From assembly GCA_000165345.1 (NCBI GenBank), contig CM000436.1, positions 288,001 to 352,000 on the forward strand: a DNA stretch of 64,000 nucleotides. Reading direction: 5' to 3'. Below, piece after piece: positions 57,364 through 64,000 of the stretch. Made by a program: the position numbers and the translations under genes. Under the pieces are notes generated by a model. It saw only the letters and a list, made by a program, of their open reading frames with translations, was not told where the DNA came from and did no database searches. Numbering within the stretch: the first letter of the stretch is position 1; each line of letters begins with the position of its first letter.

Positions 57364-57685
57364 ACATCTACTCTCATTGTATCCTAGCGTGACTCAACAT
57401 ACGACTCCCCTTCCCATATCCATCTTATAACTATCTATTTACTGCTAGTCAAATCTACAATCTAAAAGCAACATACAGTATAAAAACCTTAATTAATACA
57501 CAATTATTATTCGTTGTTTTTTAATATAAAATTCATACTCCTAAAAATTCTCCTGTAGAGCTCAACATGAACCCTTCTGTCCATTATACTACCTACAAAT
57601 TATTAACCGCCACATTTTCGAAAGCGCCAAATCGCATGCATTTTCATGTGGACAATTCAATACCGGTATTTATTTAGCTGGTTTT

Positions 57686-60600
57686 CTAGTGAAAGATTAA
57701 TTTATTGTTTGACATTAGATGATAATTATTATTTATTGTATTGGAAGAGTTAGAATTTGAGTTATTATTACTGTTGTTATTGTTCACATGATGATGAGAT
57801 GAAATCAGACCAGGAGAAATTGAAGAATTGGGCCCCATGTCAACGCAACTTGAAATGTTTTGTGAGTTAGAAACACTTGGATGACCGCCAGAAGCCGTAG
57901 TTGCAATGTCAGTAATTTGAAGAGTTTCAAGCTTCTTTTCAAGGACATCAATTCTATTGGTCATATCTCTAAGACTTTGTATGAAAAATGGCATTGTAGC
58001 ATCCAGACAATTATGTTTCCAAGCCATTTCCATTACAGTATCTGGTCTTAAAAACTCATAGCATGTATATAAACAAGCTACAAAGTTCTCCTTCTTGTTA
58101 TTACTAAGGAGGAATTCCAAAAGTTCTTCAATAAGAGCAACATTGCCACTCTTGTAAACCACTAAGATTGCTTCATCTATTAGCATCTCTTTCTGACAAA
58201 TTGAAAGAGCTTGTTGATAATTTGAATTCTTATCTAAGATCTTCACTGCAAGTTTTCTTAAATCATTCATTGGATGCTTTTCTAATCTGGCTGAAAGTTT
58301 TGCCTGGTCATAGTTGTCGCAAGTTAAAATTAATTTCATCAGCTTTTCAACTTCCACCTTCTCTATGTATAAATTAATCAAAGCCTCATTCACAACTTGA
58401 ATGTTCTCATCACTAATAGATTCTAAGAATTCTTGAATTATTGAAATATCGTAATTAGATCCACTCTGTGTTCCACTTTCTTTCCCAACTGAAGGTCTTG
58501 GAGAAATCCCTGTAATTGGACCCACTGTATTAGAGCTTGTTGAAGAAAGTCCTTGACTAAAATACTGTTGAATAAATCTAGTAGTAATATTAGCAAGATC
58601 AAAATTGCTTCCAGATCTTCCTGTCCCTGATTGACTATGAGCTCCACTTGTTGATTTAGTGGGAGAATAGTCTGATATATCACTAGAGTTCGACTTTGGT
58701 ATCATTTCAGAACTTTTTTTAGGCTTTAAAGTTAACATTAATAAACTATTTAGCAATTCTGGATGCTCTTGTAGATAGAAAGTCATTGATTTATAGAGAA
58801 TATCCACATTTGTAACGTTTTGTAGTATACTTAGGAATTGATCATTCTTCCATGCCTCTTTTGGATGACTTATTACTGTTAAAACTGCTTGATCAAACTC
58901 TTGATATTGGAGGTAAAGGTATACCACCTCATTCCAAAGCTGTCTTTGCTCACAGATCCTAGTAAGCTTTGGGATGTTAATTCTTCCTGAGTAAGAAGAA
59001 CAATAATCCATAAGCTTTTCAGGAGTATACTTTGCATAAAGTATTCCAAGTTCTGTGAAAAGGCTACCATTAGCACGATCTGTGTTTTGAATAGCTCCTT
59101 CTAATAGAGTTAGAAGCTCAGCTGTGAGACCCTTCTTCTCATATTCAGATACCACATCCTCACAGTAATCTGGATACACTATTATGTTAAGTCCAGCTTG
59201 ATGTGCTAACTCAGATTCACCAATCTGCATACAAATCTGCAAAAGCTCCTTCCAAGTTTTAGGAGAGTTTGCCTTCTTAGCAGTTTCCAAAGCGTTATTG
59301 TACTCTCCAAGTTGAATATAGCAACTAGTAAGCCTTGAGTAATTTGGTATTGCCTGATAGAAAATGATTGAGTATCTATAATCTTGTTCATCCATAAGTC
59401 TATCTCCAATTTTTTGAAGTTGTACTGTGTTAATACCTTGTAAGAAGCTTTGGAGATCTTGCAAAAGCTCCAACTTAGACATACAGTAAGCTAATTCTGT
59501 ATCAACAATTGGGTCTTTGGATGTTCTAGAATCTTTCAATCTTCGAACCATTTGTAAATACCCCAATAGTTCTCGATAAGCTTTAACTGAGAGACAATGT
59601 TCAATAATAAGTCTATAATCTCTGGTGTTCTCAGATTTAATAAAGCAATCAACAGCGTCCTTTGTTCGAGAAATCTTTAGATATTGTTGACCAAGAACAT
59701 CCCAAACAGAGTTATCATTGCAATAGGATGCAAAATCCTGAACCTTAGATAGATCCATATTAGCCAATTTTTCAATACTAATCATAGAATCCAAGTTTTT
59801 CATAAACTCAGATCCTTGTCCATCAATTTCAATACCCTCATTCTTTAACAATTCAAGCTTTGAAATCATTAATAAGGTCTCAACAGCCTCATTATTAAAA
59901 GAGAACTTCTTATAGATCTGAAAAGCATGTGAATAAAGCCCATGATCTATTGCAACTTTGGCCACCTCCTTAGCATCATAATTATCTAATCTGAGTACGT
60001 AATCATCCAATCTTCGAACATCTATCTTAATAGAAGTTAATAAAAGAAGATTTTGAAGGTTCTTATTCTGAGAAAATTCAGTGTTATTAACATGGAAGAT
60101 AATCTTCTCCAAAACTTCTAATAATGAATTCGGTACCTCTGCATTAATAAATGCCCTAATTACACAGCTAATTTCTTCAGATTTATTATAGAACTCTGGT
60201 AATATTGAAGAAGTAACCTGATCAATAATAGCTTGTCTACACTGCTCATTAACAACAGGTTCAATAGAATTCGAAGAATTTCCCAAAACTTTATTCCAAA
60301 GATCAAGATCTTGACGTTCAACAAGGTACCTAGCTAATAAACGATATAAATCATTTTTGTAGGTAACTTGTATAATTTCATCATCGCATTGTCCCCAAGC
60401 CTTTCTATAAGCAATATATGCAAGATAAGGATCTCTATCTTCACAATAATCTCCAATAGTTTTTGCGTCATAATGAGGATTAGTCTTAAGGAAATTCTCG
60501 GAATCCTTATTCATATCAATATAAATCTTTGCCAAAGCATTATGTAAAGCTGGATCTTGGTACCCTTCTTGAACTCTTTCTTCAAGCCAAGATAACAATA

Positions 60601-63600
60601 ACTTGAGACGATTTCTGTTTTCTGCTTGTTGAATTAGCTCTCCAAAGGAGAATGAGGATCCTAAAGTCTTGATCTCTTGTAAAAGAGATTTAACTAAATC
60701 CTCAGATCCATCAAGATCTATTAAGGTACCGATAACCAAAGGAGTTTGACTTGGATTAATCTTCAAAGTATAAACCTGTATGTACTTATAAAGTGACATA
60801 TGGTACAAGTAACTAATCAATTCTTCTACACGGTGATGAAGATCACAAACCCAAATTAATGGTCTTAAATCGCTCATCTTAATGCTCTTAAAGTACTCGA
60901 TGACTTGTTCTGGTTCGTAAGATTGTGGGAAATCCCTGCAAATCCTCTCAGCCTCTTGGATCTGGCCAAGATGGACTGAAGCTTCAATATACTTGAATAC
61001 AATAAAGGTAGAAAATGATCCTGTTCCACCATTAACCGATCCTGTATTAGAAGATGGTAATCTTCCCGATCCTGCCAGAACCACTCCAGCCCCTCCTCTA
61101 TTTTGAGTACCAGAATCTCCTATTAAGCTTTCACTAGACAAATTCAAAGAATCAGTAGAACCAGATGAAGATAAGCTATTTCCAGATAAATACTGAGTCA
61201 GATTTGACCCTACAACATAGTAAATGCCTTCCCAAATTCCCTGTTGTTCAAATAAAGTAATAATATTCTCTATTCCTATATTATCCACATTCTTAATACA
61301 TACCTGAATGACACTCTGTAAAACGGTGTTATTATTACTTAATGCTATCGAATTTGATGAACTGTTTCCTATTAACCCTGCTTGTCCATTACCTGGTAAT
61401 GCTCCATTAGACGCTAATCCACCTCCCATGGAAACTAATCCACCTGCCCCACTACTATTCTTGCAAACCAACAGTAGCTCCTTCAAACAATCAAATCTTG
61501 TCCTTGGACTTAATTTAGATAAGTAATTTGCCAGCCAATCGGTATTTAAACTCCCACAAGCTACTCCTAATATTCTCCTTATATCACGCATGTCAGAGAA
61601 ATTCTCAAGAGCCCTCTCATAGAGACCCGCCTTTTCGCAAAGGGCGGCAATTGCATGCTTGTCATAATGAGTGAAAAGGTCCATTTGGAAAAGGGCTTCA
61701 GCAACTTGTGGAGCATGAAGGAGATTAACTTCAAGTAGTTTTGTTTGGAGGGCAGAATCTTCTGGTTTATTAGCTTTGAGATGGTCTAGAAGGATAGAAG
61801 TGATTTCCTTATATCTAGAATGGGATACAAAAATCTCAACGACTGAAGTTTTATCTATATTAAGATCAAGAGATTCAGCAGAGGTGGAATTGGCCAGATC
61901 TGTTTGGGATGAAGGAGCAGGAGGGAGTATAACTGTTTTAACAAACTCAACAGTAGCATCAATATTGTTAGCAATTAAAAGACTGTTGAGTAATGACCTG
62001 ATATCAGTAGTAATAGTAGGCCAGTTTGAAGCTCTCTGTTCACGAATAAATTCTGAAACATGTGAGAAATTACCAATTTCAATAAGTGTTTGTAAGATTT
62101 TGGTTGGATTTTGAGGAGTACATTTTTTAAAAATCTTAAGAGCAAGTTTCTTTTCGCCATTCTGAAGTAGTGTATCTCCAAGTTCTTCAGAGAAAGCTAA
62201 CTTTTCTTCATTTATTAGGACTTGTAAGAAAGCTAAAGGTTGTGTAATGGAGGTAAATTCTGAAATTAAACTTGTAGAATTTGGAGAAAGTAATAGTCTA
62301 CAAAACTCAGTACTTTCAAATTGGTTTAAAGTGTGAAATTTGAATACAGTTGTAAAGTACTGGAATAATAACTTATTCGAAGAATCAACCATTTTGAAGT
62401 GATTAAGAGTTGCAGGAGTTCTTAAGCTCCCATTTTTATTAAGAGAAACAACTCTACAAGCATTTTGATAGTCTTGTCTCTTAATTGATTCATTGAACAT
62501 CCTAATTGAGAATTCATCTGTTCCCTGATAACCGTACCTCTGAGTCCATCTAAGAAGATTTGAATTTAGAGATAATTCAGGATTTGATTGGATATATGTA
62601 AGAACTGATGAGCTATTTAAAGTAATATGGAGAACCAGTCCTTTTTTATTTGCCATACAAATCCCGTGAAAACGGCTTGGAGAACCTAAAAACACAGAAT
62701 CCTGGCAGACCTTATTGCAATAAAGCAAAGTATTTGATGTTGGCTCCACGATATACAGAATTCCACCTCTTGTAATAATGAATATGACTCCAAAGTAACT
62801 TGAAACATAAGTATATATTGGAAAGTCAAAGCTATGTGCACCTCCAGCTGAGCCTTCATCTACAGTTGGAAGTTCAATAACAGCTTTGAATGGTGTTGGA
62901 GGAGATAATGATGACCCGAATTCACCAGATCCTGCTCTTTGGCCTGAAATATCCATTACATGAAGTCTAGCATTTGAATGTTCTTGTTTCTTCTCGACAA
63001 AGCAGACAATTGATGCTGGAGAATGTACAAAATCATCAACAATAAGCTCTCCAAAGTTACCAGAAAACCCTTCAATAAGTTGTTGTTGACGTTTTTCTAC
63101 TGAAAATAATTGAAGCTGGCCTTTAACGGAAATTGACCCAGTTGACTCATTTGTTACTGGGCAAAGTCCCATAAGCATACACCATCTTTGGCCAGAGTCT
63201 GTCTGATATCCAACAATTTGAGTTGATTGTTCTGCTAATTTTCCAGCTCTCTCAAAAATTCGAACAGGAATTGAATTAGAATTTCCTGATTCTATTGTCC
63301 AGTGATATATACCCTTATCACCAACAATTGCTAGAATTCTTGGAGTCAACCATCTCCAAAATACTACAGATTCAGGAAATAAGAATGCTCCAAGCTTCTC
63401 TTTAGAGTCTAGATTAAAGATTTGGACTGTACAACCATTATCTTCATATCTTCCTCTGACTACTAGAATATTTTCAATGGGATGTATTAAAGCGCTTTCT
63501 GCTTTCATTGGCTTTCTATTTATTCCTTTAGATTGAGTATCAATCACAACAATCTGTGAACCGCCATCAACACTTGTTTCCTTTACACCGACATATTTAT

Positions 63601-63709
63601 CTCCTTCCAATGTCAGGCTACCAAATCGAAAACATGATGAATTGATTCCAAGTTCCTCCAAATTTGCCAATACATTGGTAGTAATAGGGATTCCTCCCTT
63701 GTTCTGCAT
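57686..63709 (-). CDS. CHC: clathrin heavy chain (expanded, 2007 aa)
   Basis: The N-terminal beta-propeller matches the CHC N-terminus ([38 protein letters not shown]... versus [63 protein letters not shown] versus [23 protein letters not shown]). CHCR alpha-solenoid repeats run throughout. There are several Ser/Gly/Asn-rich insertions and an Asn-rich C-terminal tail. Confidence 0.95.
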   Translation of the reverse strand: [2007 protein letters not shown]

Positions 63710-64000
63710 CTTCCTCTACAATGAAAATCTATTATTTCTGCCTTCTCTTTTTATTTCTTTAATTAATAATTAAATAAGAATTTGTATTGTTTAGCCAAGT
63801 ATTAGTAATTATTCTTTTACATATACCCAGTTTAGATTAATAGCAAAAAATGTATATATATTGTGATATAAAGGGAAAATTAAGAAATAAGTTTCAGAGA
63901 ATTTTTGTTTAAAATATCTTAAAGCTCGTACTGTTCAGGGTCTCGATTACATAAATATTGCATATATATTTATATATATACTACATATACATATATATAC

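Overview
This is a compact, AT-rich eukaryotic segment with about 24 protein-coding genes on both strands, not a prokaryotic locus. Intergenic regions are short (0.3-1.5 kb), genes are long and mostly single-exon, and a few have small introns with GTAAGT...YAG boundaries. Nearly every 5' intergenic region carries GC-rich islands that look like E2F sites (GGCGGGAA / TTGGCGCCAA) and G-box sites (GCATGCA), plus a recurrent ACCGGTA palindrome. These traits, together with Thr-rich mucins and poly-N/Q/S insertions, point to a Cryptosporidium-type apicomplexan chromosome. That assignment is inference only; I ran no database search. Genes recognised by sequence, in order: a NAF1-like fragment at the left edge, an actin-related protein, a Sec1/Munc18 protein, a K/S-rich hypothetical, a 1300-aa unknown protein, the KDEL receptor, a four-exon PAM16/Magmas-like gene missed by the ORF track, an HBS1/eRF3-family GTPase, a two-exon CRAL-TRIO (Sec14-like) protein, choline-phosphate cytidylyltransferase with a 5' micro-exon, a GPI-type poly-Thr/poly-His mucin, an amino-acid transporter, coronin, a three-exon Cys-rich small protein, a HECT E3 ligase, the ADP/ATP carrier, a chimeric TM/hydrolase-like/mucin gene with one intron, Tousled-like kinase, DNA polymerase epsilon catalytic subunit, Sec24, a coiled-coil/N-S-rich hypothetical and clathrin heavy chain. 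I found no rRNA, tRNA, CRISPR arrays, transposons or operon-like defence systems. The most interesting unexplained signals are: small spliced genes invisible to ORF-only calling, promoter-type motif clusters sitting in 3'-3' convergent gaps, a recurrent CATGTGGACA-type element, and repeat-driven insertions in secreted mucins and in essential genes (POLE, clathrin). The ORF track uses GTG/TTG as starts in several places, so I moved those starts to the first ATG.
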